From Oceanispirochaeta sp. (GTDB lineage Bacteria > Spirochaetota > Spirochaetia > DSM-2461): a stretch of DNA of 64,000 nucleotides. The number at the start of each line of letters is the position of its first letter. Within the stretch, counting starts at the first letter, position 1. Of this stretch, positions 18,159 through 28,765 are shown in pieces. Position numbers and translations under genes: made by a program. Below the pieces are notes generated by a model. The model saw only the letters and a list, made by a program, of their open reading frames with translations, had not been told where the DNA came from and did no database searches. Location of the stretch: the NCBI GenBank assembly GCA_963666275.2, contig CAXXOA010000001.1, forward strand, positions 1,888,001 to 1,952,000, given 5' to 3'.

Positions 18159-21100
18159 ATGAGTGATTTTTTCCGAATCTATGTAGAGAAAAAAGCGGGA
18201 CACAACAGTGATTCCATAGCTTTAACGGAAGACCTTAAGATAACCCTTGGAACAGCAGGGCTTAAGCAGGCCCGGATAGTCAATATTTATGAAGTAACGG
18301 GATTGGATGGAGAGGCGTTTCAGAAAGTAACGGCCTCAATTTTTTCCGAAGCCACTGCCGACAAGGTGTATCAGAATGCACCGACACAGGGAGTGGCTGA
18401 TTTTTTTGGTTTTGAATTCCTTCCCGGTCAGTTCGATCAGAGAGCCGATTCGGCAGCCCAGTGTATTCATCTTCTCTATCCCGACTGGAGCGGAGTTGTC
18501 CGGTCCAGCAAACTTATTCTGCTGGAAGGGGCAATCAGCCCGGAAGATCTTTCGAAGATAAAGGCCTACTGTATAAACCCGGTAGAATCCCGGGAAAAGG
18601 ATCTTGAAAGTCACTCCCTTTTTGATCTGGGGACGCAAGCGTCGGATGTTCCTGTGCTGGAAGGGTTTACAAAAGCTTCCGATGCGGAACTGGAACTTCT
18701 TAAACAGAATATGGGACTTGCCATGACATTTGAGGATCTCAAATTCTGCCAGACCTATTTCACCGGAGAAGAGCAGAGGGATCCCTCCGAGACAGAACTG
18801 AAAGTTCTGGATACCTACTGGTCCGATCACTGCCGTCATACAACATTTGAAACGGAACTGAAAAATATTACGATTCCCCTGGGGAGTTTTCAGCAGACTC
18901 TTACGGAAAGCTTTAATCACTATTTGAAAATCAGGGAGAAACTGGGGCGTTCTGACAAACCACTCACCCTGATGGACCTAGCGACTATCTCCGGCAGAAG
19001 AATGCGTCATGACGGCCTGCTGGATGATATGGAAGTATCAGAAGAGATCAATGCCTGCAGTGTAAGGATCACAGTCGATGTGGACGGCCGGGAAGAACCC
19101 TGGCTGCTGATGTTTAAAAATGAAACTCACAACCATCCAACGGAGATTGAACCCTTTGGAGGGGCTTCCACATGTATAGGTGGCGCCATCCGGGATCCTC
19201 TTTCCGGTCGATCCTATGTTTATCAGGCGATGCGGATCACGGGGAGCGGCGATCCCACAGTGTCTCTTGAAGAGACTCTGGAGGGAAAATTGCCCCAGAA
19301 ATATATTACCCGAACGGCGGCCCACGGCTACAGTTCCTATGGCAACCAGATCGGACTGGCCACCACTTTTGTCAAAGAGGTCTACCATCCCGGTTATCGT
19401 GCCAAGAGGATGGAAGTCGGTGCCGTGGTGGGAGCTGTTCCGGAATCCATGGTAAGAAGAGAGTCCCCGGTGGAAGGGGATGCAATCATTCTCATAGGCG
19501 GTAAAACAGGAAGGGACGGCTGCGGAGGAGCTACTGGTTCTTCAAAAGAGCACACCACCGAGTCTCTGATCACCTGTTCCGCAGAAGTTCAGAAGGGAAA
19601 TGCTCCTGAAGAACGAAAGATACAGCGGCTCTTCAGAAACCCCGAAGTCACAGCTCTCATCAAAAAATGCAATGACTTCGGTGCCGGCGGTGTTTCCGTT
19701 GCTATCGGAGAACTCAGTGACGGCCTGGAAATCGATCTGGACAGAGTTCCTGTTAAATACCTGGGGCTCAGCGGAACGGAACTGGCTATTTCTGAATCAC
19801 AGGAAAGGATGGCTGTTGTTACATCTCCTGAAGATGCTGAACACATTATAAGCCTTGCGGCGGAAGAAAACCTGGATGCCACCCATGTGGCAACGGTCAC
19901 ATCAAAAGGCCGCCTCACAATGACTTGGAAAGGCAGAACCCTGGTAGATCTGAGCAGAAAGTTTCTGGATACCAACGGGGTCCGATCAGAAAACAGCGTC
20001 ACCCTTCCTGAAGTGGATCCTTCGCTGAATCCATTTAAACGGGAGCTTGCCGGTAAGAGTGAAAAAGAAAAATTCCTGAATAACCTGAAAGAGCTCAATA
20101 TCTGTTCTCAGAGGGGACTTGTAGAGATGTTTGATGCCTCGATCGGTGCGGGAACAGTCCAGATGCCCTACGGCGGAAAGAATCAGCTCTCCGAATCCGA
20201 GGCCTCTATTCATAAACTCCCCGTAGAATCAGGGAAAACAGAAACCTGCAGCCTCATAGCCTATGGATTTGATCCGGAACTTTTCGACTGGAGCCCCTAT
20301 CACGGAAGCCTTTACAGTGTGATATCCTCAGTTGTAAAACTGGCTGCTTCAGGTGGCTCATGGCGGACCACGCGTCTTAGTTTCCAGGAGTACTTTAAAA
20401 GACTGGGCGAGGATCCCGAAAACTGGGGGCTCCCGTTTTCCGCTCTTCTGGGCGCCATGGAAGCCCAGGAGAAACTGAACATCCCCGCAATCGGAGGGAA
20501 AGACAGTATGTCAGGGTCATTTCATGACATACATGTCCCTTCCACCTTAATTTCCTTTGCAGTCACAACAGGGAAAATTCAGAAAACGATCTCCAGTGAC
20601 CTGAAAGGTCCGGGAAATACCCTGTATTATATGGGCCTTCCTCTCAGAGAGGATCAGACCCCTGACTGGAATGTTCTGCAGGCCAACCTGGATCAGTTGG
20701 AACTGTGGAATCAAGAAGGAAAGATCCTTTCGGCCTCTACGATAAAATCCGGTGGAATCGGAGAGTGTCTGTTCAAGATGGCCTGCGGGAACGGGATCGG
20801 TATTAAGCTGGCCCATACGGATCTGCCGCTCTTTGATAAAGCACCCGGAGCTATTGTATTTGAATCGTCCGATTCAGGACTTGCCAAAGCCTATCCTGGT
20901 CTAGTGATACTGGGGGCGACCCGGGATGAACAGATCATTGAAACAGCCGGTTTCTCCGTAACTCTGAAAGAGTGTCTTGAAAGCTGGGAAGGAACCCTGA
21001 ATGCGGTATTCCCCGACTACGAGAACAGGCCCTCAGAAGAACTTTCACTTAAAACCCTGACCGGGAAGTCCGGGAAAAAAGATATACAGGGAAGAAAACC

Positions 21101-21890
21101 CCTTGTTTTCATCCCTGTCTTTCCCGGTACAAACTGCGAATACGATACGGCCAGAGCTTTCAGCCGGGCCGGAGCGGAGACGGAAATATCCGTTTTCACC
21201 AACAGGGACAAACAGGATGTTCTTTCATCACTGAACAGCATGGTTGAACATATCAACCGCTCCCAGATTCTGATGCTCTCCGGAGGTTTTTCTGCCGGAG
21301 ACGAACCGGAAGGATCCGGCAAGTTTATTGCCAATGTCCTGAAGAATCCGGAAGTGGCGGCGGCCATTGAGAAACTGCTGGAGCGGGATGGCTTGATCCT
21401 GGGGATCTGCAACGGTTTTCAGGCACTTGTCAAATCGGGACTTCTTCCCTATGGACATGTCATTGATGTTCCTTCTGAAGCTCCCACACTGGCCAGAAAC
21501 AGCATTAATCGCCATATATCCAGGATGGTAACGACAAAGGTGATAAGCACGACATCTCCCTGGACAGCGCAGATGACTCCCGGAGATCTCTATGAAATTG
21601 CCATTTCTCACGGAGAAGGCCGTTTCACTGCGGAAGAATCCTTTATCCGGGATCTCGAAGAAAAGGGACAGATTGCTTTTCAGTACTGTGATTCCCGTGG
21701 AACCGCATCCATGAATCCCCTGTATAACCCGAACGGATCGGATTTTGCCATAGAAGGCATTACCTCTCCCTGCGGCAGAATACTGGGTAAAATGGGACAT
21801 ACAGAAAGGTTTACAGGTGATAACCTGTGCAACATTCCCGGAAACAAACTACAGCCCCTGTTCAAATCAGGTGTAGAATATTTCATATAA
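18159..21890 (+). CDS. purL: Phosphoribosylformylglycinamidine synthase, single-chain large form
   Basis: DTYWSDHCRHTTF, KNETHNHPTEIEPFGGA, FPGTNCE, LGICNGFQ, HGEG and MGHTER motifs. AGGAGG SD precedes ATG 18159. Confidence 0.96.
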   Translation: MSDFFRIYVEKKAGHNSDSIALTEDLKITLGTAGLKQARIVNIYEVTGLDGEAFQKVTASIFSEATADKVYQNAPTQGVADFFGFEFLPGQFDQRADSAAQCIHLLYPDWSGVVRSSKLILLEGAISPEDLSKIKAYCINPVESREKDLESHSLFDLGTQASDVPVLEGFTKASDAELELLKQNMGLAMTFEDLKFCQTYFTGEEQRDPSETELKVLDTYWSDHCRHTTFETELKNITIPLGSFQQTLTESFNHYLKIREKLGRSDKPLTLMDLATISGRRMRHDGLLDDMEVSEEINACSVRITVDVDGREEPWLLMFKNETHNHPTEIEPFGGASTCIGGAIRDPLSGRSYVYQAMRITGSGDPTVSLEETLEGKLPQKYITRTAAHGYSSYGNQIGLATTFVKEVYHPGYRAKRMEVGAVVGAVPESMVRRESPVEGDAIILIGGKTGRDGCGGATGSSKEHTTESLITCSAEVQKGNAPEERKIQRLFRNPEVTALIKKCNDFGAGGVSVAIGELSDGLEIDLDRVPVKYLGLSGTELAISESQERMAVVTSPEDAEHIISLAAEENLDATHVATVTSKGRLTMTWKGRTLVDLSRKFLDTNGVRSENSVTLPEVDPSLNPFKRELAGKSEKEKFLNNLKELNICSQRGLVEMFDASIGAGTVQMPYGGKNQLSESEASIHKLPVESGKTETCSLIAYGFDPELFDWSPYHGSLYSVISSVVKLAASGGSWRTTRLSFQEYFKRLGEDPENWGLPFSALLGAMEAQEKLNIPAIGGKDSMSGSFHDIHVPSTLISFAVTTGKIQKTISSDLKGPGNTLYYMGLPLREDQTPDWNVLQANLDQLELWNQEGKILSASTIKSGGIGECLFKMACGNGIGIKLAHTDLPLFDKAPGAIVFESSDSGLAKAYPGLVILGATRDEQIIETAGFSVTLKECLESWEGTLNAVFPDYENRPSEELSLKTLTGKSGKKDIQGRKPLVFIPVFPGTNCEYDTARAFSRAGAETEISVFTNRDKQDVLSSLNSMVEHINRSQILMLSGGFSAGDEPEGSGKFIANVLKNPEVAAAIEKLLERDGLILGICNGFQALVKSGLLPYGHVIDVPSEAPTLARNSINRHISRMVTTKVISTTSPWTAQMTPGDLYEIAISHGEGRFTAEESFIRDLEEKGQIAFQYCDSRGTASMNPLYNPNGSDFAIEGITSPCGRILGKMGHTERFTGDNLCNIPGNKLQPLFKSGVEYFI

Positions 21891-21905
21891 GGTTTGGAGG
21901 AAAAT

Positions 21906-22385
21906 ATGAAAGGTGCAGTGATATTCGGAAGTCGTTCCGATCTTGATAAAATGAAAGGTGCCGCCACATGTCTGAAAGAGTTCGGCATAGAGTACGAAGC
22001 TCATATCCTCTCGGCTCACAGAGTTCCCGAACGGCTGACAGAGGTGCTGAAAGACCTTGAGGCTGGCGGATGCGAATTCATCATAGCCGGAGCCGGTCTG
22101 GCAGCGCATCTTCCCGGAGTGATCGCCTCTAAAACAATCCTTCCTGTCATCGGTGTTCCTCTGGATGCCAAATTTGACGGCATGGACTCTCTGCTTTCCA
22201 TTGTACAGATGCCCAAGTCAATCCCCGTGGCAACTGTAGGTGTCAACAACTCCTACAATGCCGCCATGCTGGCAGTACAGATCCTTGCTGTAAAATATCC
22301 TGAACTGAAGCAGAAACTTCTGGATTTCAGAAAAGATATGAAAGAGAAATTTATCAGAGACAACTCCGAAGGTGTTGATTTATAA
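21906..22385 (+). CDS. purE: N5-CAIR mutase / AIR carboxylase
   Basis: GSRSD, SAHRVP, AGLAAHLPG, PVIGVP and VQMP..PVATV motifs. GGAGG SD precedes ATG 21906. Confidence 0.96.
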   Translation: MKGAVIFGSRSDLDKMKGAATCLKEFGIEYEAHILSAHRVPERLTEVLKDLEAGGCEFIIAGAGLAAHLPGVIASKTILPVIGVPLDAKFDGMDSLLSIVQMPKSIPVATVGVNNSYNAAMLAVQILAVKYPELKQKLLDFRKDMKEKFIRDNSEGVDL

Positions 22386-22436
22386 CAGTGTCCTTTCAGA
22401 ATCAGAAAAGAGGAGAGAGTCTCTCCAGGGTGGGAA

Positions 22437-23819
22437 ATGAATAATTTTAATGATGATAAGCTCCATGAGGAGTGCGGTGTATTCGGGGTCTATTCTACTA
22501 AGGAGTGTCCCGCTGCAGAGATGACATACCTGGGTCTGCTTGGTCTTCAGCATAGAGGACAGGAGAGTGCGGGTATCACGATTATGGAGCAGGACAAGCT
22601 TCAGACCAAAAAGGGCATGGGCCTCGTTTCTGATGTCTTCAGAAACAATGCCATCAAAGAACTCTCCCATGGGAACGCTGCGATCGGTCATGTCCGCTAT
22701 TCCACAACCGGAGACAGCTCTGTTGCCAATGCCCAGCCTCTGGAAGGTCACTGCCGTCTGGGATCTCTGGCTGTGGCACACAATGGAAACCTGGTTAATG
22801 CCGATATTATCCGTTCCCTCATGGAAGACGGCGGTGCCATCTTTCAGACAACAAGCGATACCGAAGTGATCCTCAATATGATCGCCCGGGGAGCAGATAA
22901 AGGCATAGAATCGGCTGTCCGCAATGCTACCAAGGCCATCAAAGGTTCCTATGCTATTGTTCTTTTTATTGACAACAAGCTTATCGGGGTCAGGGATCCC
23001 CATGGAATCCGGCCCCTTTGTCTTGGAAAACTGGATGACTGCTGGATCCTATCATCCGAATCCAGTGCCCTGAATACAGTGGGTGCCGAACTCGTCCGGG
23101 ACCTGGATCCCGGAGAAATAGTCGTCATAGATGAAAACGGGGTGAATTCTCTGGGGCGTGATGCAAACAGCAAACTTTCTACCTGTATTTTTGAGTACAT
23201 CTATTTTGCCCGGCCTGACAGTTCCATTGATGGGATCAATGTTTATGATGCCAGAAAAAGATGCGGAAAAGAGATCTTCAGCGAATTTCCCGTAGAAGCC
23301 GATCTTGTCGTTCCCGTACCGGATTCGGGAATCTCCGCAGCTGTGGGGTACTCGGAAGCATCGGGAATTCCTTTTGAAATGGGATTTATCAAAAACCGCT
23401 ATATAGGAAGAACCTTCATTGCTCCCTCCCAGGAAATGCGTGAGAAGGCTGTTTCTGTAAAACTGAATGTTGTCAAATCTATTGTAGAGGGAAAAAGGAT
23501 CATTCTTATCGACGATTCCATTGTCAGAGGAACCACAAGCCGCCGGCTGGTCTCACAGATCAAACAGGCAGGGGCAAAGGAAGTTCATCTGAGAATCGTG
23601 TCTCCTCCGATCCTGTATTCCTGCCATTTCGGCATTGATACTCCCACCACGGAAGAGCTGATTGCCAGCGGTAAGAGTGTGGATGAGATCTGTGCGGAGA
23701 TAGGAGCAGACAGTCTGGCCTATATTTCCCTTGACGGCTTGAACAGAGCTCTGGGACAGGAAAGGCATTATTGTAACGGATGTTTAACAGGGACATACCC
23801 GTTGACACCGAATAACTGA
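22437..23819 (+). CDS. purF: Amidophosphoribosyltransferase
   Basis: Propeptide then EECGVFG; LQHRGQESAG, GHVRYST, DDSIVRGTTS and Fe-S cysteines. Confidence 0.97.
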   Translation: MNNFNDDKLHEECGVFGVYSTKECPAAEMTYLGLLGLQHRGQESAGITIMEQDKLQTKKGMGLVSDVFRNNAIKELSHGNAAIGHVRYSTTGDSSVANAQPLEGHCRLGSLAVAHNGNLVNADIIRSLMEDGGAIFQTTSDTEVILNMIARGADKGIESAVRNATKAIKGSYAIVLFIDNKLIGVRDPHGIRPLCLGKLDDCWILSSESSALNTVGAELVRDLDPGEIVVIDENGVNSLGRDANSKLSTCIFEYIYFARPDSSIDGINVYDARKRCGKEIFSEFPVEADLVVPVPDSGISAAVGYSEASGIPFEMGFIKNRYIGRTFIAPSQEMREKAVSVKLNVVKSIVEGKRIILIDDSIVRGTTSRRLVSQIKQAGAKEVHLRIVSPPILYSCHFGIDTPTTEELIASGKSVDEICAEIGADSLAYISLDGLNRALGQERHYCNGCLTGTYPLTPNN

Positions 23820-23834
23820 TAGAGGGAGAGAAAA

Positions 23835-24836
23835 TTGATTACCTATAAAGATTCGGGTGTAGATAAAGAAGAAGGTTACAGAGCTGTTGACCTCATTAAA
23901 TCCAAAGTGGCGGAAACTCACAACAGCAGTGTCCTCACGGGACTGGGCAGCTTCGCCTCCCTTTATGCGCTTAAAGATTATAAAGAACCTGTCCTCGTGG
24001 CCGGTACAGATGGGGTAGGGACCAAACTAGCCCTGGCTTTTGAGAAAAAGATATACAGCACAGTCGGTCAGGACTGTTTTGCCATGTGTGCCAATGACAT
24101 ACTCTGTCAGGGAGCTAAACCTCTCTTCTTTCTGGACTATCTGGCCTGCGGCAAACTGGACGCGGAAGTGTCCAGTCAGCTTGTTATCGGGATGGCTGAA
24201 GCCTGTAAAGCCGCTGACTGCAGCCTGGTAGGCGGAGAAACAGCTGAAATGCCCGGATTCTACAAAGACGGTGATTATGATATGGCCGGATTCTGTGTAG
24301 GGGTCATTGAAAAAGAAAATATTGTTAACGGGAGTACCGTAGAAGAAGGGGATATTGTTCTGGGACTCAGCTCAAACGGAGTTCACAGCAACGGTTTCAG
24401 TCTTGTACGAAAACTTGTTACCGATTTTGACGAGGATTTCCAGGGAGAACCTGTTTACAGGGAACTCCTGAAACCTACAAGAGTTTATGTGCCTACAGTA
24501 CTGGCGGCTCTGGAAAAGTTCAAAAAAGATATCCACGGAATGGCCCATATAACCGGGGGAGGTCTGCCTGAAAATCTGCCCCGGACAATTCCCGAAGGGT
24601 TATGTGCGGAAATACTGAAAACCTCCGTTCCCGTACTCCCCGTTTTCCGCTATCTGGAGAAAAAAGGTGTCCCCGAAGAGGATATGTGGGGCACTTTCAA
24701 TATGGGGATAGGCTTCTGCCTGGTTGTCAAGAAAGACATTGAAACCGAAATCAGCGCTTTCCTGGCAGATCAGGGCGAATCGGTTCATAAACTTGGTTCC
24801 ATAATCAAAGCCGGGGAAAAAATATGTTTAAAATAG
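23835..24836 (+). CDS. purM: AIR synthetase
   Basis: TYKDSGVD, TDGVGTKL, GGETAEMPG, HSNGFSLVRK and TFNMGIG motifs; TTG start. Confidence 0.97.
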   Translation: MITYKDSGVDKEEGYRAVDLIKSKVAETHNSSVLTGLGSFASLYALKDYKEPVLVAGTDGVGTKLALAFEKKIYSTVGQDCFAMCANDILCQGAKPLFFLDYLACGKLDAEVSSQLVIGMAEACKAADCSLVGGETAEMPGFYKDGDYDMAGFCVGVIEKENIVNGSTVEEGDIVLGLSSNGVHSNGFSLVRKLVTDFDEDFQGEPVYRELLKPTRVYVPTVLAALEKFKKDIHGMAHITGGGLPENLPRTIPEGLCAEILKTSVPVLPVFRYLEKKGVPEEDMWGTFNMGIGFCLVVKKDIETEISAFLADQGESVHKLGSIIKAGEKICLK

Positions 24837-25402
24837 CAGTACTTATCTCCGGAGGAGGTAGTAATCTGCAGTCCATTATCGATGCCGTTGAATCGGGAGA
24901 TCTGTCTGCCCGGATTGTAAAAGTCATTGCAGACAGACCGGCTTCCGGCCTGGACAGAGCTCGGAAGCATGGGATTCCTCATAGATTGATAAACCGGAAG
25001 GAATACAAACAGAATCTTAGCAGTGAAATCTTCAAAGAGATTCCATCAGATACGGATCTGATTGTTCTGGCCGGATATCTGTCCATACTGTCCAGTGATT
25101 TCATTGATTCCTGGAAGGGGAAAATCATCAACATACACCCGGCACTGCTTCCGGATTTCGGCGGAAAAGGGATGTATGGTATGAATGTTCATAGAGCGGT
25201 GCTCAATGCGGAAAAAACAGAGAGCGGATGTACTGTCCACTTTGTTGATTCCGGCATCGATACGGGCGAAATAATCCTACAGAGAAAAGTAGAAGTGAAA
25301 AGCGGCGATACGCCGGAGGATCTTCAGAAGAGGGTCCTCGGGCAGGAACACATTCTACTGGTGGAAAGCATAAATCAAATTATTCAAAACAGACTTTCCT
25401 GA
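24824..25402 (+). CDS. purN: GAR transformylase
   Basis: SGGGSNLQ, LAGYL, INIHPALLP and SGCTVHFVD.GIDTG motifs. Confidence 0.97.
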   Translation: MFKIAVLISGGGSNLQSIIDAVESGDLSARIVKVIADRPASGLDRARKHGIPHRLINRKEYKQNLSSEIFKEIPSDTDLIVLAGYLSILSSDFIDSWKGKIINIHPALLPDFGGKGMYGMNVHRAVLNAEKTESGCTVHFVDSGIDTGEIILQRKVEVKSGDTPEDLQKRVLGQEHILLVESINQIIQNRLS

Positions 25403-25429
25403 TACCGGGAAAGAGCAGGAGACAGAGAG

Positions 25430-26926
25430 TTGAAACGAGCATTAATCAGTGTGTACAAAAAAGACGGTGTACTGGAGTTTTCCAGATTTCTGAAAGACCA
25501 GGGCTGGGAGATCCTTTCCACAGGCGGGACATACAGACATCTGAAAGAGAATGGCCTGGAACCTGTTGAAGTATCCGCCGTTACAGGGGCAAAAGAGATG
25601 CTTGACGGCCGGGTTAAAACACTGCACCCCATTATCCACGGTGGAATTCTTGCGATCAGGTCCAACGAAGAACATATGGAAACACTGAAAAGGGAAGAAA
25701 TTGAAACCATAGATATGGTTGTAGTCAACCTCTATCCCTTCTTTGATGAAGTGGAGTCTGATAAGAGCTTTGAAGAGAAGGTTGAATTTATTGATATCGG
25801 CGGTCCCACAATGCTCAGGTCCGCGGCAAAGAATTTTCACGATGTAACAGTCATATGTGATCCCCGGGATTATGAGGTGGTACAGAAAGAGATGGAAGCG
25901 GGGGAGGTTTCATTTGAAACCAGGAAAACCCTGGCGGGAAAGGTTTTCAATCTCACCGCGGCCTATGACGGCGCCATCAGCCAGTTTCTCCTCGGTCAGG
26001 GAACAATGCCTGAATATTTTCATACATCCTATCGGAAAGTCATGGACCTCAGATATGGTGAAAATCCGCATCAGAGTGCCGCCTACTACGCCAAGACATG
26101 GGGAGACGGGGCTCTGAAAGAGTTCAAACAGCTCGGCGGGAAAGAACTGTCCTTCAACAATATCCGGGATATGGATGTTGCCTGGAAGATCGTCAATGAA
26201 TTTGATGATCTTGTCTGCTGCGGACTGAAACACTCAACCCCCTGCGGAGTGGCTAGAGGAAAAACGGCTCTGGAAGCCTACACAAGGGCTTACGAGTGTG
26301 ATCCTGTTTCCATATTCGGAGGGATTGTGGCATTAAACGGGGAAGTGACAGAAGATGCTGCCAAAGAGATGATCAAGATCTTCCTTGAAATTGTGATTGC
26401 TCCCTCCTTCACAGAGGAAGCCCTGGAAGTATTAAAGACCAAAAAGAATCTGAGGATCATTGCGGCAGACAAGGCTCCTTCTGATCATCTTGATATTGTG
26501 AAGGTTGACGGTGGTATCCTGGTGCAGGATGCGGATATGACTTTTTCCACCGATTTTAATGTGGTTACCGAGGCGAAACCTTCTGATGATTTAACCGAGG
26601 ATCTGATTTTCGGACAGAAAGTGGTTAAACATGTAAAATCCAATGCGATTGTTGTTGTCAAAGAGGGAATGGCGACCGGTATCGGAACCGGGCAGACAAA
26701 CAGGATCTGGGCAGCTCAGCAGGCAGTGGAAAGAGCCGGAGACGGAGTCGTTCTTGCCTCGGATGCGTTCTTCCCCTTTGATGATGTTGTTACACTCTGC
26801 GCAGAGAAAGGAATCAAAGCCATCATACAGCCCGGTGGATCCATTCGGGATGAAGATTCCATCAAGGCCTGCAATACCCATGGCATTCCCATGATTTTTA
26901 CAGGTATGAGACATTTCAAACATTAA
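25430..26926 (+). CDS. purH: AICAR transformylase / IMP cyclohydrolase
   Basis: [43 protein letters not shown] and RHFKH motifs. Confidence 0.97.
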   Translation: MKRALISVYKKDGVLEFSRFLKDQGWEILSTGGTYRHLKENGLEPVEVSAVTGAKEMLDGRVKTLHPIIHGGILAIRSNEEHMETLKREEIETIDMVVVNLYPFFDEVESDKSFEEKVEFIDIGGPTMLRSAAKNFHDVTVICDPRDYEVVQKEMEAGEVSFETRKTLAGKVFNLTAAYDGAISQFLLGQGTMPEYFHTSYRKVMDLRYGENPHQSAAYYAKTWGDGALKEFKQLGGKELSFNNIRDMDVAWKIVNEFDDLVCCGLKHSTPCGVARGKTALEAYTRAYECDPVSIFGGIVALNGEVTEDAAKEMIKIFLEIVIAPSFTEEALEVLKTKKNLRIIAADKAPSDHLDIVKVDGGILVQDADMTFSTDFNVVTEAKPSDDLTEDLIFGQKVVKHVKSNAIVVVKEGMATGIGTGQTNRIWAAQQAVERAGDGVVLASDAFFPFDDVVTLCAEKGIKAIIQPGGSIRDEDSIKACNTHGIPMIFTGMRHFKH

Positions 26927-26967
26927 TACGAGAACCATACGATTACGATACGAGGGATTAGTTCAAT

Positions 26968-28224
26968 ATGAAAATTTTAGTGACAGGAAGCGGTGGTCGG
27001 GAACACGCAATAATTCAGGCACTGCAGAAAAACAGCAAAGTAGAGAAAATCTTCTGCGCCCCCGGCAACGGTGGAACCGCAAAAGAGGAAAAATGTGAAA
27101 ATGTTGCCATTACAGATATAAGAGAACTTGCTGATTTTGCAGAAAAGAATGGTGTAAGTCTGGCAGTTCCAGGTTCTGAAGATCTTCTTGTAGCGGGAAT
27201 CGCCGATCTTCTCATTGAGAAAGGAATTTCTGTATTGGGCCCTCATAAAAAAGCAGCTCTTCTGGAAGGCAGCAAATGTTTTGCCAAAGATTTCATGGAA
27301 AAATATGGGATCAAAACAGCTTCCTACAGGAATTTCACCTCCTATGAAGAAGCGGACGCCTGGCTGGAAACCTGTCCCTATCCCACAGTTATAAAAGCCG
27401 ACGGACTGGCGGCTGGTAAGGGAGTCCTTATCTGTGCGGATAAAAATGAAGCCCGGGAAGGTCTGAGATCACTGATGCTCACAAGAGAATTCGGTGAAGC
27501 CGGTTCTCAGGTTGTCATTGAAGAGTATCTGGAAGGAGTAGAGGCATCAATCCTGTCTTTCTATGACGGAAAAACCATCCTCCCCATGGTATCAGCCAAG
27601 GATCACAAAAAAATCCGGGAAAATGAAACCGGTCCAAATACGGGCGGTATGGGAGTTGTTTCTCCCAATCCTCATATGACAGCTGAAATCATGAAAGATT
27701 TTGAACAGGGAATTATGGAATCGACCCGCCGGGGACTGGAGCAGGAACATCTTGAGTTTTCCGGTGTCATTTTTTTCGGACTTATGATAACGGAAAAAGG
27801 GATTTACCTTCTGGAATACAACCTGAGAATGGGCGATCCGGAAACTCAGGCTGTATTGAATCTGCTTGATACGGATCTGCTGGAACTGATAGAGGCAGCC
27901 GTAGGCGGAGCCCTGGCCGATGTGAAAATGCAATGGAAGCAGGGAGCGGCCTGCTGCGTGGTTCTGGCATCTGGAGGCTACCCCGGTTCGTATGAAAAAG
28001 GATATCCAATCAGGGGCATAGAAGATGCGGACTGTTCAGTTTATATTGCCGGGGCCGTAAAGAAAGGCGAAGATCTTGTTACAGCCGGCGGCCGTGTTCT
28101 CAATGTGGTAGCAGTGGGTGATGATCTTCTTTCTGCCAGGAAAAAAGCCTATGCAAATATTGAGCGCATAGAATTTAAGGATAAGGTATTCAGAAAGGAT
28201 ATCGGCGGACCGGTTCTTACCTGA
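26968..28224 (+). CDS. purD: GAR synthetase
   Basis: GSGGREHA, APGNGG, KADGLAAGKGV, GPNTGGMG and GGRVL motifs. Confidence 0.97.
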   Translation: MKILVTGSGGREHAIIQALQKNSKVEKIFCAPGNGGTAKEEKCENVAITDIRELADFAEKNGVSLAVPGSEDLLVAGIADLLIEKGISVLGPHKKAALLEGSKCFAKDFMEKYGIKTASYRNFTSYEEADAWLETCPYPTVIKADGLAAGKGVLICADKNEAREGLRSLMLTREFGEAGSQVVIEEYLEGVEASILSFYDGKTILPMVSAKDHKKIRENETGPNTGGMGVVSPNPHMTAEIMKDFEQGIMESTRRGLEQEHLEFSGVIFFGLMITEKGIYLLEYNLRMGDPETQAVLNLLDTDLLELIEAAVGGALADVKMQWKQGAACCVVLASGGYPGSYEKGYPIRGIEDADCSVYIAGAVKKGEDLVTAGGRVLNVVAVGDDLLSARKKAYANIERIEFKDKVFRKDIGGPVLT

Positions 28225-28251
28225 GCTTAGTCCCATTAGCCGCGCATCACG

Positions 28252-28300
28252 CACTCTTTTCCCTGAAATCTCAATTTCAGGGAAAAGAGTGTTGTTTTTT
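28252..28300 (+). terminator. pur operon intrinsic terminator
   Basis: Perfect 18-bp stem CACTCTTTTCCCTGAAAT/ATTTCAGGGAAAAGAGTG followed by TTGTTTTTT. Confidence 0.85.
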
Positions 28301-28681
28301 ATAATGATTGTTATTTTCAGAAGAAATGATTTTACACTGATCATAAAAACTGAAACTCCCCCGGGGTGCCCTTTCGGCAAATAATGATCAAAGGCTTTCA
28401 AAACAACATATTTGTAAGAAATGAAGAAAAATGAATAGAAATGGTAGGAAAAAATAAAAATCCCGAAAAGGATTCTCTGTTAATAATCCTGAATAGCAGG
28501 AACTTTTATGATTTTTTTTCTTTATTTTTCAGAAAAACACCTGATCTCAGTACTCATATACTTAATTTTTAACCATATTTTTACTAATTGTGCATTTTTT
28601 CAACAAATCAAGCTCTATTAACGCTTTTATTTTTGTAGTTTTTTACGAAAACATGCTAAAATAATAGACAAAAAATCAACA

Positions 28682-28710
28682 TTGACAATTTACTTGTTTA
28701 ACCCTATAAA
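28682..28710 (+). promoter_or_regulatory. Putative sigma70 promoter of the liv operon
   Basis: TTGACA-17 nt-TATAAA, 55 nt upstream of the livK ATG. Confidence 0.7.
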
Positions 28711-28765
28711 AAACTAAAACCTGAATCCAAAATGGTTCTAAAAAACTTAATCACAAGGAGAAAGT

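Noticed and set aside
17900..18160. Known purine, ZTP or PRPP riboswitch upstream of purL
   Set aside because: The conserved core sequences of these classes were not found. Only small hairpins are present, reported as a low-interest finding.
28524..28538. CodY-box-like ATTTTTCAGAAAAAC upstream of the liv operon
   Set aside because: Three mismatches to AATTTTCWGAAAATT in very AT-rich DNA, far from the promoter, and no evidence of CodY in this organism.
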